This document shows positions 1 through 62,069 of a stretch of 64,000 nucleotides of DNA, piece by piece. Position 1 is the first letter of the stretch. Each line of letters starts with the position of its first letter. The DNA lies in the NCBI RefSeq assembly GCF_037042905.1, contig NC_087251.1, positions 33,730,001 to 33,794,000 of the forward strand. Direction: 5' to 3'. The notes below the pieces were generated by a model. It had not been told where the DNA came from and did not search any database. It saw only the letters and a program-made list of their open reading frames with translations. Source of the DNA: Lytechinus pictus. Lineage: Eukaryota. Made by a program: the position numbers and the translations under genes.

Positions 1-544
1 TGGATGTTATTGGTGGTAATGTAGTTGTAGTGCAATGTAAAATATATATATTTTGTGGGGGGGGGGGGGCTATTTATCAATTGGATTCTAAGTCTATTTC
101 AGTTAAGTAATAGATAAATAGCATCCCCCATCAAAATATTCTGACCAGTGATCTATGCTTAGACGAGTTTGGTGATGTGACTTTAAGGTTAGCGATACGC
201 CATGATTTTGGCATCAACACATTGACAAGCGAATTGACGTGCCTATACAAATTTTGTGCACATCTGCGAGAGCGCGCTAGTGCCTACCTTGGGGTAAAAA
301 TCTACCACGGTATAGGGACATAGAGGGGGTTTACATTATTTTGCACACAAAAGTGATCATTGTAATTTATTATGGATGTTATTGGTGGTAGTTGTAGTGC
401 CATGTAAAATATATATATTTTGTGGGGGGGGGGCTATTTATCAATTGGATTCTAAGTCTATTTCAGTTAAGTAATAGATAAATAGCATCCCCCATCAAAA
501 TATTCTGACCAGTGATCTATGCTTAGACGAGTTTGGTGATGTGA
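1..544. repeat. Near-identical direct duplication, period ~370 bp (1-180 repeated at 373-544)
   Basis: tggatgttattggtggta...gagtttggtgatgtga occurs twice, differing by small indels and a point change. Confidence 0.9.
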
Positions 545-666
545 AGTTAGCGGCCACTTAAGTGTAAAAATAATTTAGGCCCCAATTAAAACTTGGGAAT
601 TACAGAAATCGGCATCCAGTTTCACCCTGTCTGTTCAATGCCAAAAGTAGGTCATGATTGATTAGT

Positions 667-936
667 GGGTGCATCGTGGTCTAGTGGTTCTGACTCTTGC
701 CTTTGAAACAGAGGGTCGTGGGTTTGAATCGTAGCCATGGCATATTTTCCTTCAGCAAGAAATTTATCCACACTGCTGCACTCGACCCAGGTGAGGTGAA
801 TGGGTAACCGGCAGGAGTAATTCCTTGCATGCACTGAGCGCCGGTGATGGTAGCTCGAGCTAAAGCCGAGATAATAATAGCAGCCCTTTGTATCCTCTGG
901 CAAAAAGGGCTTTGTAAATCTAGCTATTATTATCAT
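667..936 (+). mobile_element. tRNA-derived SINE, family A, full length
   Basis: A-box TGGTCTAGTGG, degenerate B-box GGTTTGAATC, core ctcgacccaggtgaggtgaatgggta, (ATT)n tail; further copies at 3845, 29532 and 47553. Confidence 0.85.
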
Positions 937-1221
937 AAGTAACAATAGGGGTCAATGCTTTACGTAAAGTTTGCAGTACAAGGCCTGAATATGCTAGTTT
1001 TAACTTTAAATATTGTCATTTTCCATTTGTTGTGTAATATGTGCCCTATATGGCCTGTCTTATGAATACTGGCTCTTTAATAACGCTCTGAATAATATTA
1101 TAAATAATCTTTTTTTGAGAAAAGTGTTCCATATGAATTAGCAAGCAGGCCCTCTCTCAACACCAAAGGCCCCAAAGTTGGTAACTTTCATTTGTAATCT
1201 CTTATATGCATTTCTGAACAG

Positions 1222-1341
1222 GAGAAGTGCAAGCAAGTAGTGGACAAGTATGTAGAGTTTGATCCTGTCATTGTTCTGATAGACGCTCTACTCTTCAAAC
1301 CGCAGGCATATCGGCACGTACTCTTCAACAAAGATATTACA
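1222..1341 (+). CDS. ARV1: ARV1 coding exon (Arv1 homology domain)
   Basis: ctgaacag|GAG...ACA|gtaagt; 120 nt; EKCKQVVDKYVEFDPVIVLIDALLFKPQAYRHVLFNKDIT. Confidence 0.95.
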
Positions 1342-3713
1342 GTAAGTCAATATTTTTGCGTACAAACCTGGAGATGAATTATTCCAATTGAATTCATTAG
1401 TTTCTTTTGTCCCATTTCAACCATCTTTCAGGAATAAACTGTTTCTACTGTGTTATGCTAAAACAATATGGAATACCCCTCCCTCCCTTTTTTAACTTTT
1501 AAATTCAGCTCATTCTTTGAAGCTCCAGCAGGACACTCAATTCGTTTTTGGCATCACCCTTTTTTTAAATTAATATGAGAAAAGAATTGTATCTAAAATC
1601 ATAACAATTTTCATTTATGTTCTCATAATAGTTTTGAAAGTCATTTCTTATTTGCTTTTTAAGAAAACATGCTTACATATCCAATATAAAAAATATGCTC
1701 ACTTCATATGAAAAATCATTTCGCACAATATTTTCTTTTAACTCTTGATTTTGTCCCGTAGTTCCATTGGCGATTGTGCATTGTGTGCCTTCTCTGTGAT
1801 GCCTATATGAAATGGGCTCACAAATCTGATGCCCCTTCTGAGGAGGAAAGTAAGCCATTCCTACACTATGCCCTCCAGTGGGACTTCTATGCCATGTTCA
1901 CGATTGCAGGATTAGGTAAGTTGACATTTGTTTGCTAGACAGTCTGGGGCCCTGATTCTTGGATCAATTTAAGATCTGACTCACTGGGGGCTCTGTAGAA
2001 ACATACATAATTAAAACACTTTTTTTTTTAATGTCAGAAAAATTATACATACCGAGGTTTTTTTTTACCTGACTGCTAAGAAAGCACGAATGCCTGTGAG
2101 CAAGCAACCAGGGGACCAACGGCTTAAGGTCCTCTCCGAGGGACCTGGTAATGAGGATAAATGCCTTACCAAAGGGCTCTAGCGCACCACTTGGGAATCG
2201 AACCCGGGTCACCGGAATCCGAAACCCCCGCTCTACCGACTGAGCTATCGCGCCTCTATTATGATTTTATGTAAATGATTTCACACATTAGTGGTCTTGT
2301 TTTCACAATTGTTGACGTTTTATTGATCAGTCTCGATCTACACATGTTATGTATGCAGACCTGTAAGATTTATTTATGTCTTGATTCTGAAGCTTGTATA
2401 TTTTTCCCTATTTTTTTTCCAGAATTATTAGCTTTCATTGCTGGAGTAGTAGGTATCTGCGTTTTACATGCTGCCTTCTCCGACACCTGGGAACATTGGA
2501 AAGGAAGGTATTGAAATAAAATGAAAATTATCATACATATATAACGTTTCCTTTTGTATCGTATGTTTTCATGAAAAATTGTATCTCACTGAATAATTAT
2601 TAGCTATCACTTGATGTAGCTCTGAAAATCGAATTTGAACTGATTCATTTTTGCATATCATATGTTTTTTGTTATGAATATGATGTCAATTTGTCAAGTT
2701 TATATGGGTGATTAATGGAAATTACGAGTTACTCAGTAGTTCAGTTGTATTATGTATCCAATTTGAAGATTCATATTGTTAGAATAAATTTTGTATTTGA
2801 TTTCAATATAATATTGCAACAAATATTTAAGAGGAATATTATCAAGGGCATATTCTGTAAAGCTACTGAATTAGCCTAAGGCGCTCATTTACAAGATAAA
2901 GCTGCTGAAATAGCATACTGTAAATTGATTAGTTGAAAGCAAGTCCTCTGTAGACCTTAGTCTTAGACTCGCCTTTGCCATTAGTTACAGAGTTTCATTT
3001 AACTTTTCAATGATAGCAGGGATGCCACTTAGAATCAAGGATGAAAGTTTGAAAAAAATCATCTAGAATGACACCCTTTTTACACGAAAAGTGTTGTGAA
3101 CTTATATGATAAAAAAGTATAAAGATAAAAAATTAATCCATGCTTGAATCTGAATAGTTCACCCTGTCTGTGACTAGTCATTTATTATCTTTTCCTTAGA
3201 TCATCTCTTCTTGTTAAAGCACTTCTACTTTCATCTACGGGGAAGCTATTAGTCATTCCGGTGGTCATCTGGGGAGAGACTCATATCTATACAACCCTTT
3301 TACTGACCAGGCTTTTCATGACAGTGGCCAGTACTCAAGCCATTACAGGTAATCACAGTAATAGTAGTAGTAGTAGTAATAATGATAATAATAATAATGT
3401 GACTTATAAAGTGCCAAATGATGATGATGATAATGATAGTGATGATGATCAGAATCTCAATATATTACAGTCGCTACACTTTTACACTATAATGTTATAA
3501 TTCAATTGTTGTGATAATAGTCAAAATTTTATATTTTTTTTCGACATTGATTTATAAATGCAGTGTATATTTACAGATGTATGTTCCTTGCTTGCAGTGA
3601 TCCTGGACTGCCCACACATCACCAGTATATCTTTAGTTGGTTTTGGATTCATCACAGAGGCTCTGGTTAGGTTATTAACACCTTCTATTGAGAACATCCT
3701 CCGTGTAAGCTGA
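1222..3713 (+). CDS. ARV1: ARV1 homolog (ER membrane sterol/lipid homeostasis protein), 5'-partial spliced CDS: 1222-1341, 1762-1915, 2423-2507, 3200-3348, 3598-3713
   Basis: Spliced translation EKCKQVVDKYVEFDPVIVLIDALLFKPQAYRHVLFN...LCIVCLLCDAYMKW...YALQWDFYAMF...LLVKALLLSSTGKLLVIPVVIW...TQAITVIL...ILRVS* matches recalled Arv1-family motifs (DKYxExD, LIDxLLxKxxAYRHxLFN, LLLSSxGKLLxIP). All introns are GT-AG with compatible phases (0,1,2,1). Confidence 0.95.
1762..1915 (+). CDS. ARV1: ARV1 coding exon
   Basis: cccgtag|TTC...TTAG|gtaag; FHWRLCIVCLLCDAYMKWAHKSDAPSEEESKPFLHYALQWDFYAMFTIAGL. Confidence 0.95.
2058..2256 (-). mobile_element. tRNA-derived SINE, family B
   Basis: Head GGCGCGATAGCTCAGTCGGTAGAGCG...GGTTCGATTCCC with intact A and B boxes, followed by a non-tRNA body and an A-tail. 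Confidence 0.85.
2423..2507 (+). CDS. ARV1: ARV1 coding exon (transmembrane segment)
   Basis: ttttccag|AA...GAAG|gtattg; ELLAFIAGVVGICVLHAAFSDTWEHWKGR; phases fit both neighbours. Confidence 0.9.
3200..3348 (+). CDS. ARV1: ARV1 coding exon
   Basis: ttccttag|A...ACAG|gtaatc; SSLLVKALLLSSTGKLLVIPVVIWGETHIYTTLLLTRLFMTVASTQAIT. Confidence 0.93.
3598..3713 (+). CDS. ARV1: ARV1 last coding exon
   Basis: cttgcag|TG...; VILDCPHITSISLVGFGFITEALVRLLTPSIENILRVS* with TGA at 3711-3713. A GTAAGC donor-like site at 3705 means a further exon cannot be excluded. Confidence 0.85.
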
Positions 3714-3844
3714 CAATGGATACCACAACAGCCAGATCACCAATGACACTCAAGTTGATGGAGCAAGATAGGCATGCTTTGTATAAAGCCATTACAATGT
3801 CCATTCATTGTATATGAGGAAAAGCCTTGATGCTTTCATAATGG

Positions 3845-4101
3845 AGCTGAATTATATAGCACCTTTTGCGTAGGATGTGAAGTGCAACTAATATCCCAGC
3901 TTTAGCTGAAGCTGCAAGTGCAACTTCTCCAGCGGTGCTCAGTGCATTTCAAGGAATTAATCCTGCCAGGTACCCATAACCTCACCTGGGTTGAGTACAG
4001 CACAATGTGGATAAATTCTTGTTGAAGGAAAACATGCAATGGCTGAGATTTGAATCAACAACCCTCTGTTTGAAAGATGAGGGACAGAACCACTAGACCA
4101 T
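3845..4101 (-). mobile_element. SINE family A copy, antisense, just 3' of the ARV1 stop codon
   Basis: Reverse-complement similarity to 667-936 (cctcacctgggttgagt...aaccactagacca). Confidence 0.8.
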
Positions 4102-4353
4102 CTAGATGTACTCTGAGCTGAATTGAAGCGAGGGGTGATTGAATGCCATTACTGTAGTTAGTTGATTTCATTTTGTAGCAAATAGATGCATTAAAGTGTG
4201 CATTCCCTAGACGAGTAAGAGTGCTGCTGGTCAGTACTCACTAAGTATTATAGGACTGTGAATGTTACTAGAGGACAATGGCTGCTCCATCAGCAAATTG
4301 TGATCCACTTCTACCAGAAAACTATGCAAGGAACTTAATAAATTGATGATAAA

Positions 4354-4733
4354 CAGTGTGTCCAACAAAAAGGAAAACAAGGTTCGATTTACCTTTTCTC
4401 TAATATCTTATTTACATCATCATTAAATTTAGTATATCATCTCTATCTTGATACCTTAGATGTCACATGAAGTCTACACATTGATCATCAAGCACAGTTT
4501 GAAATTGAAATTCCAATTATCAAGTCGTGCAGGAAAAATCTAGTCAAGACTTATTTAGGAAACAACAATTGTTGTTTCTGCACTTCTGGCTTCACTTATG
4601 GGTCGTAATCTGTCATGTAATGTATCTACCTGGAAGTCGGTCACAAATCAGTTAGAAGACTTAACTAATTTTAATGTCAAATTGAACCCAATTTGTTTGA
4701 TTGAAACTGTTTCCTCTTTTCTGGGACACACTG
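4354..4733. mobile_element. Tc1/mariner-like MITE
   Basis: Imperfect TIRs cagtgtgtccaacaaaaagg / cctcttttctgggacacactg; the expected TA TSD is degenerate. Confidence 0.55.
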
Positions 4734-7700
4734 TTCATAATTTTGCTCTGAACCTTGTGATTTCTAAACATAGCCAGGCCAGCTTAAATGCCAATCAACT
4801 GCTTCGCATGCAAGATTTTTTAATATGTTAAAGTAATATTGAATGAAATCAGAATCAGATGTAGGAAATAAATCCCAATTTGATGCAGGATGGATGCTTT
4901 TTTGTCTTAAATTTTTCTGTGTCACATGGGTATACTCAAACAGAATTACTTGATAAAACCTGTATCAATTAAAAATTGATCCAATGTTTCTACTTCAGCT
5001 CACTCTTCATAGTGATCAGTCAAAAAAGAAAAACTCTTACATTACCAAGATAACTACATCTTCTGACAACTTATGTTCAATGGGTGAATTTAGCGACCAT
5101 GACTTCTCATCATCAGACACTATTTGGGTCTTGCATCGTTAAAATGCATCCATCTCCGTATCATCCACGACTTTCAGAAAACAGGCTTAAAATGGTTTAA
5201 TGCTGCATATAGCCTCGTGCAGGGTAAACTGCAGCTCAAAATTAACAAATAAAGCAGGTTTTTCAATGAAAATCACCAAAAATATGTAACTTTAAAATGA
5301 TTAAAAATGGCAATTTCTTCCTTTGTTCTAAAATCTACACATGACTTGTGTGCTAACCAATGTCTGAGAGAGATATTAAAAATCTACTGGAAATCTTAAA
5401 AACTAAAGGCACACACAACACTTGCTCTAAAATCATCCCAAGCAGCTGCTCAGCGGATAACCGCCCGGGACAAACGGGGACCTATACAAGGCAAGGAACA
5501 GTCACTGCCCTGGACAGAACTAACAATAACTATGTAAATGAGCTAGTCATCGAGGGTAAGATCAATTAAAGGGACTCTTCATTGCTGAATAAATTAAAAG
5601 TTCCTGTCTCTTGGCAACCTGGCTAAAGTACAGGATTGAGCAAAAGTTGAATAGTTTGACCCAACAGGGAGGGGGGATGAATTCAATAAAATGCATTTTT
5701 TGTGAGATTTATTTTATTTTGTCTCTCTGTGAAACAAAGATAGAGGAAGAAATATAAGCTGGAAATTCACTAGTCTTTTTTGTTTCTCATGTTGACAGGT
5801 GCTAAAGTCAATGGGTGGATTTCTCAGACAAACATACTTTTATGGAATTCCATTCCATACTACTTACAGTTCCTACAAAAAAATCATTTTGGTGAAACTG
5901 ACACTCGGTAATAGTGCAGTTTAAGTAGCAGTAGGCCTATATCTTAACTGACAATGTTAATCATAAGACCAACCATCGATTTTAATTCACTGGGCCCAGT
6001 CTCTAAAAAGTGCAATCAATAGAACTAACTTTCATCTCCATTTAACTTCAAGAAGAAATTGATATTCATCAGAAGGGTTGCTGAACATCATTATCACTGC
6101 CATCATCATTATTGTCATCACTGTCATCATCACTATCATCTACCTATTCTTCACAAATGTTATTCCACAAAGAAAGCAATGGTCTAAACTTGTGTACCTT
6201 GTAATTCATACAGATCTTCTTTTCTTTTTAATCAATAAATCATTGCAATGATTTGCAAAGCAATTTAAGAAATATATACAAACTTTTCATCAATTGTTTT
6301 TACTTCTACAAATTTCAAAGACACATGATTCGCATTCTAATATTACGCCATCATTGTTCAAACAATAATTAAAATGCATAATTCATTTAGGCTTATTCAA
6401 TATACAGTAATTTATGTACATATGTTGCATCCCCGGTTATACAAAAATAATCGTTTCTTTTCATCAAATATCTTTACACTGGTACCTATACATGAGGTTT
6501 ACATGATATAAAACAGAATAAAAAATTGCTTTAACAATTTTTTTCCTTCAGGTAAAAAGACTTTCGCAGAGAGCACCTTAAATGCTATTCATCCGATTAA
6601 ATAACATGCAATTAAAACAATAAGGGTATTTTCAACAAATACACATTCCTTTTATACAGATGGTTCACTTTAAACAATATATCTCTTTTTTACACTGATG
6701 AATATAAAAGTTAAATATAAACTAAGATTATAACTGAAATAATATCTAATCTGGATATCAGACAAATTGTGTTACTGCATCTTGGCATAAATACTGTCTT
6801 ATATGACACCTATTTCATATAGATTTTACAAAAAGTTTATGATTAATAGGGGTTTTGTCTGAGAAAAGTGAAATCACTATTTCAGAAAATAAATTTGTCA
6901 AATCGATTGAAATTTTGATATGATGGATAAATTGTAGGGCACAGTCTTAAAAAACAAACTCAAATTACGATTGATCTAAATTTATAAAGTTAAATGAGAT
7001 GAATTTAAGATCAAGCAGAATTTGAGTTTAATTTGAATCCATCGCAGCCCTTTCTTAGACGGGGCCAAAATGTTCTTAAACGTCAATGCATAAAGTGTTC
7101 ATGAAATATTCCCACAGCTGAAATGAAATGAGGCACAGTTTATGAAAGAATTTATCTACACTTGATCGAACAATATTTTAAGGTACAACGATTGATCAAT
7201 GTATATTTAGTAAAGATACAAGTCAATCCTCAAACTAATTATCCTGACAGGCACTAGTGATTATTAATGCACAAAACATTGGTCAATCATATATAGAGGT
7301 ACTGGTGGCTGGAGATGGCATAAGCATGCATCATAGTGTTAATGTGTGAATGAGTGGCATAATGAACCAAACATTTTGAGGGGGCACAATATGGCAATCG
7401 GGGCCAAATGTCTAAAAAGTGAGTGAACATATCAACCATTTTAATATGGAAATCTGATTTTATTTTGGATTAAAAAATAATATTCCAATATACTTGAAAG
7501 ACAATATATCACAAGGGTTATATATTTTAACACTTATATTCGACTAGGTGCTGCTAGTTTACATAAATACCTGACTCCCATTTCATTATTCATATACTCT
7601 TGCCCCATCCCCTCCCATCTCTCTCTCTCTCTTCCCACAACTCTCTCTTTCTCACCCTTACTCTCCATGTTGACTATATTCTATCCCATACCACAAGTGC

Positions 7701-8046
7701 ATGAAAGTGATACGTTATTCACATTAAATGCAGATTAAAATAAGGAGCACCATATCTACATATTACTCTAATTACAGCGTTAAATGTGTTGTTAATCAAT
7801 TAAATGCAGTGATACAAAAGATTCATTAATGAATAAGATGAGCATGTACATGCACGGGGAGTATTCTTAGATGTACATTTCTGAGTTGTTTATAGATAGA
7901 TTCATACATATATGAATTTATGAATTACTGAAAAAATTTGATTACGGTCATTACAATTATTTTATGATAAAAAATTTCTTCATCGAATTTGTTCGTATGA
8001 CATGACTTTGAAAACATTGCTACATCAGATATGATTACAAACTTAA

Positions 8047-9193
8047 AGGAGAATGAAGGTGTTGCATATTTACATCAATATCGAACAGAGAACATTATTA
8101 CCTACAATTGGATGTATCGGGCAGGTCTTTAGGCCCCAAATAACAAAATTATTCAACTGCTACAAAAGGCGTATTCGGTCTTTAGCAGGCTGCCAATTTT
8201 GTCTCGGATTCCAGTAACCCCCAGCGAAGATATGACGAAATCGCGCTCTACTCGTGAAATGCTCAACCTGGTATCCTGTATGTAATTACATATGACGCGA
8301 TTAATAGCCATATGATCTTTTGCTAGCATTCAAGATCATGCCGTAGTGCCAGGCCTTCGGGTGTACGAACAAAAGTGGAAAGACGAATGGGGAAAACCTT
8401 TCATCCTCATTCAAACCAAGACAATAACAAAGAACTTTTTCATAAGTGGATTGCGACGATAAAAGTTGAAAAATTCTTCAAATCATTGTATGAATACAGC
8501 TGGCATCATGTGATTTGTAGTGACCATTTCCAGCCTGATGAAATATGACAAGGACATGCACAAAACTCTGAAGTAACAAATCTAGAGAGCTTACCGATGG
8601 TATATGGAATATGATGATAAAAATAAAACGCTGAGATGAAAATCTCATAGTAAAAAGCTCGAATTGATCCAGACAGTACGCGAGAGAATGAAACAACGAA
8701 ATAGCGTTTGCGGCAGTAGACTAGCATTACATGCAATCTGCAGCTGACTACGCGATAGCTTGATGATCAATTCGATGAAGTGAAATTTCTGATGTAAATT
8801 ATGCTCTTAAACAATCAGAATGTAAAATTTAACTATTTGAAGAAAAAAATTAAATAAGTATAGGCTAAAAACATTTTAGTTCAGTTGGAAAATACGACTG
8901 AAAATATTTTTAAATTTTGAGTTCATCTTGAGTTTTAATAGTGAAAGTAGGCCACAGTATAGCAAATCACACACGTAGAGCGCAAAAACGTCACACTCCC
9001 CTGGCAGTCCAAACAAAATGGCAGCATACAGCTTTGCGTAAGATCGTAGCACTAGTTCGATTAAAAAAAAAATTCAAGTAAGATTTTCTTAAATACATAA
9101 AATAAGACATATTGTGTGTTTTATAGTAAAGTTAAAAGATTTAAATGTCCGCTGTAAGAAGCCACAAACATGTATTTTAACCTTTATTCTCTT
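8047..9193 (+). mobile_element. Kolobok-like non-autonomous DNA transposon carrying a THAP remnant
   Basis: TTAA|aggagaatgaagg ... cctttattctctt|TTAA (TTAA TSD, AG termini); internal decayed THAP domain. Confidence 0.7.
8338..8576 (+). pseudogene. Decayed THAP zinc-finger domain (transposase N-terminus)
   Basis: MP*CQAFGCTNKSGKTNG/KTFHPHSNQDNNKELFHKWIATIKVEKFFKSLYEYSWHHVICSDHFQPDE fits C2CH THAP spacing (Cx4C...W...CSxHF), with a stop codon and frameshifts. Confidence 0.8.
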
Positions 9194-9337
9194 TTAAATT
9201 AATCAAATTAAATCCAAAGTAAATAACTTTGCCCAAAAGGTGCTAGGCTAGGCAGGCTCTTTCCTGCAATACCGACCTCAGACCAATCAAAGCTACCGTA
9301 TTACCGTACATTATTTTATATCATCGGTCAGTTTTCA

Positions 9338-9495
9338 GAGCCCCGTTGCATAAAAGTTACTATTATGGTAACTTTGCCATCCAATGGTATCTTTCACGGA
9401 ATCCTTGATTTTAATTGGATGTTGACTGTTGTTACCATGGTAGTTACCATTAGATGGCAAGGTTATCATAATAGTAATTTTTATGCAACAGACCC
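9338..9495. mobile_element. Palindromic Harbinger-like MITE
   Basis: gttgcataaaagttactattatggtaactttgccatc ... gatggcaaggttatcataatagtaatttttatgcaac. Confidence 0.75.
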
Positions 9496-10351
9496 AGGTT
9501 TTGTTGGTGTGACTGTAACCATAAAATTAAAAAAAACAGTCACATCATAATAGTTGAGAATGAGCTCTAACCAAGATATGAAGGCATCTAGGAGAGGGAT
9601 TATTTATACATAAGGCACCTAGGGTAATAACTTGGGTAAAACTCAATCTCAAAAGAACAACACTACATCTAAAATCAAGTCGTCATAGCATTCACATTAA
9701 AACTTAGGATCTAGTCTGTAGTAGAACGATAATGCTTTAATACTGTGAAGTTAAACACCAAACTTAATTTTCCAAATAATCAATGTTTTCTCCAAGAAAT
9801 ATGACTGAATCATGTCATTGACATGAATCATGTCATAACAGTCAACGCATAATGAATATCAAATTAAGGCACTTTGACTGAAAAGGATCACACGGTTATC
9901 TGAGGCCATGTATACATAAACCACATACAAAAATGTACACCCTTGGGCTATAGTACATGTGCATGTTCAGATGATGAATGAACTAATTATTTTGTACATA
10001 TGAAACCTGCAGCATACTATGATCAAAGCTTATATCATATAAATATATATGACTCCATATTCTCCAGGTTAAGACACAGTAAAGCTTTGAATAAAATGTA
10101 ATCAATATATTCCCTTAAACCACCCTAAAATGTTTACTGTTGTCCAACAAAGTCTCTAGTTTCCTTTTAATTGTGAGGAAGAAAATTGACATGTAAAATT
10201 TATGCAATCTCCATGTACAATTTTTAAGGTACCAGAGGATTGGTGAGTGCATTTCAAAGGAAAACTCTACTCTGAAAACTCTTTTTTTTTTTAATTCTTC
10301 AATTTTACTAACTTGATCTCAGGGATAGAGAACCCATTCAAATGTATCCCT

Positions 10352-10534
10352 GGTGGGTGTTTCAAAAAGTTGTTTGTAAGTTACGTTCGACTTTACGAAC
10401 GACTGGTGACCCTTACCTGTGGGAAATAATAACACACCAAATTTTCATTGATGTTGATTTACCTTGTAAGAAAGGGTCACCAGTCATTCATAAAGTCACT
10501 TGTAACTTACGATCGGCTTTATGAAACACACACC
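10352..10534. mobile_element. Palindromic Harbinger-like MITE
   Basis: gtgtttcaaaaag...gactggtgaccctt / aagggtcaccagtc...ctttatgaaacac; CTG 3-bp flanks. Confidence 0.75.
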
Positions 10535-10633
10535 TGATATAATTTAGGATATTAATGAGTCAGTAGAGTGGAATCGATTTCAAGTTGGGATCCGAATTAG
10601 TTCGCCATTGATCTTGTTAGTGAATCAGACCTT

Positions 10634-10812
10634 GGAGCCGTTTCATAAAGCTGTTCGTAAGTTAAGAGCGACTTTAAGAACTGGTGAACATTTCTTCCGC
10701 GCTAAATAATCATCAATGAACATTAAATGGTGAATATCATTTACCACAAGAAAGGATCACCAGTCGTCTTAAAGTCACTTTTAACTTACGACCAGCTTTA
10801 TGAAACGGCCCC
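10634..10812. mobile_element. Palindromic Harbinger-like MITE; uninterrupted relative of the split copy at 52652-59684
   Basis: ccgtttcataaagctgttcgtaagttaagagcgactttaag ... cttaaagtcacttttaacttacgaccagctttatgaaacgg. Confidence 0.8.
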
Positions 10813-11004
10813 TTTGTGCAGTATATTGATCATGGTTAGGACTACATTTAAAAGGCTAAAATCCATGGAACAACTTGTCTTATTTCCTTCTTAAAAGCAA
10901 TTTAAATCTGTGCATATCATAACTTGCTGTCCAGTGGATAATACCACCCTCCACCTTCAGCCAGGCAATTACTGTGGTAATAATCCACCTAGGGAATCTT
11001 AGAT

Positions 11005-60651
<49,647 letters not shown>

Positions 60652-62069
60652 CTGTCAAGAAATGAGACGTTAGGGAGAAATAACAAAAAGAAATATTCAA
60701 TCATAGATGTACATGTAAGTTCATGTAACAAAAAGAAAACGAAGTATTCAATAATAGATATATATGGAAATTCATGTACAGTAGTCAAGATTTTGTAATG
60801 ATTTTCCATTTTGCATCACATTCGGTGAAAGCTAGGGAGATTGCAATAGGCGAGACTTGACATTATATTTAAAAGAAATGAATAGACCTTAGGGCTTTTT
60901 TTATATTTGTAAGCCTATCCATTCTATTCTCCTATCAACAGTATTCCTGGACCATGGTACTGTGGATACCATGCCCCCCCCCCCCACCCGCTCCCTTCAA
61001 AATGCTGATAGTGGTACTGTACATGTACATACAGCTTTTATTTTTCATTTGAATACAATTCCACTTTTTTTTAAATTTTAACTTCTTCCTTTTCTCCCCT
61101 TAGAAAATAGAGTACGGAGCATGCGCTAGTACTTTCTTTCCAGAAGTTAGTTAGAATATTTCCCTAATGAACCAAAATTCATCAAATATGATATCGCAGT
61201 AAAATTATACCCTGGATTTACAGGCATTCAGGGTCCAAAGTTGCAAATGAAAAAATAATCATCATGATAGCTTTAATGCACAATTGGTGCACACACATTT
61301 GATTGTGAAATTTTCAGATCTAGTGAGCTGACGTCAATTCTGACGCGTACCTGGTAATATAATTATTCAATGACCCATTGTAAAAAGAAAGAGAGGGAAA
61401 AACAATTCAAACACTGGAGGAAAGCTGAACCATGAAAGGACATCTCAGTAATGACAAAAAAAATCTCAGCAGAATAAAAATAATGTTTAAAGCAAATATT
61501 ATTATGTATGTAAATTTGTACCCCCCCCCCATCTTGATTTTCATACATTATTCACACAAGATGAAGATTGTAATCTGCATAATATGCAATATCAATGCCC
61601 CTGCACATTTTATTTTCAAATGCATGTACATGTACAATATCTGTATAATACATGTAGGTAAGATACAATACACTCTACATTATATTAATACTTGACGCCC
61701 TTGATGTTATCATGACTATTTTTGATGAACAGTTAAAAAGGGAGAATAATTTTAAGAATACATTGATACCTGCCTTTTACTGCTCTGTTTGATGTTAGGA
61801 TCTGTAAACAGTCTCCCCAAAAGTACTGAACTATTTAATTGCGGAAATCACAAAAAAATTTAGACTTTGAAAGAGGCAGATGTAACAAAGACAGGCAAAA
61901 TGACCACTGTTTTTTTTTTTTTTTATGATACGTATATACTTGTGCATGTTTTCTATGCAAATAAAGAGAACATTGAATTGAATTGAATGATGAAAATCTC
62001 ATCAGATAATGAGTATACTGTAGTATGAAAACAAAAAGAGCGACTTTTCAGACTTGTAAAAGTTATGTG

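Noticed and set aside
652..945. 97-aa ORF, and similar ORFs at 1964-2212, 47462-47818 and 52195-52647
   Set aside because: Overlap SINE copies; no recognisable protein motif
2180..2256. tRNA-Arg(TCG) gene
   Set aside because: Acceptor stem does not close properly and the sequence continues into a SINE body and A-tail
5360..5569. 69-aa ATG-initiated ORF between the two genes
   Set aside because: No recognisable motif or splice structure; probably UTR or repeat debris
61190..61230. Possible upstream PH-domain exon (cag|GGT ATA ATT, 'GII')
   Set aside because: Frame closes after 9 codons; the real upstream exons must lie beyond the window
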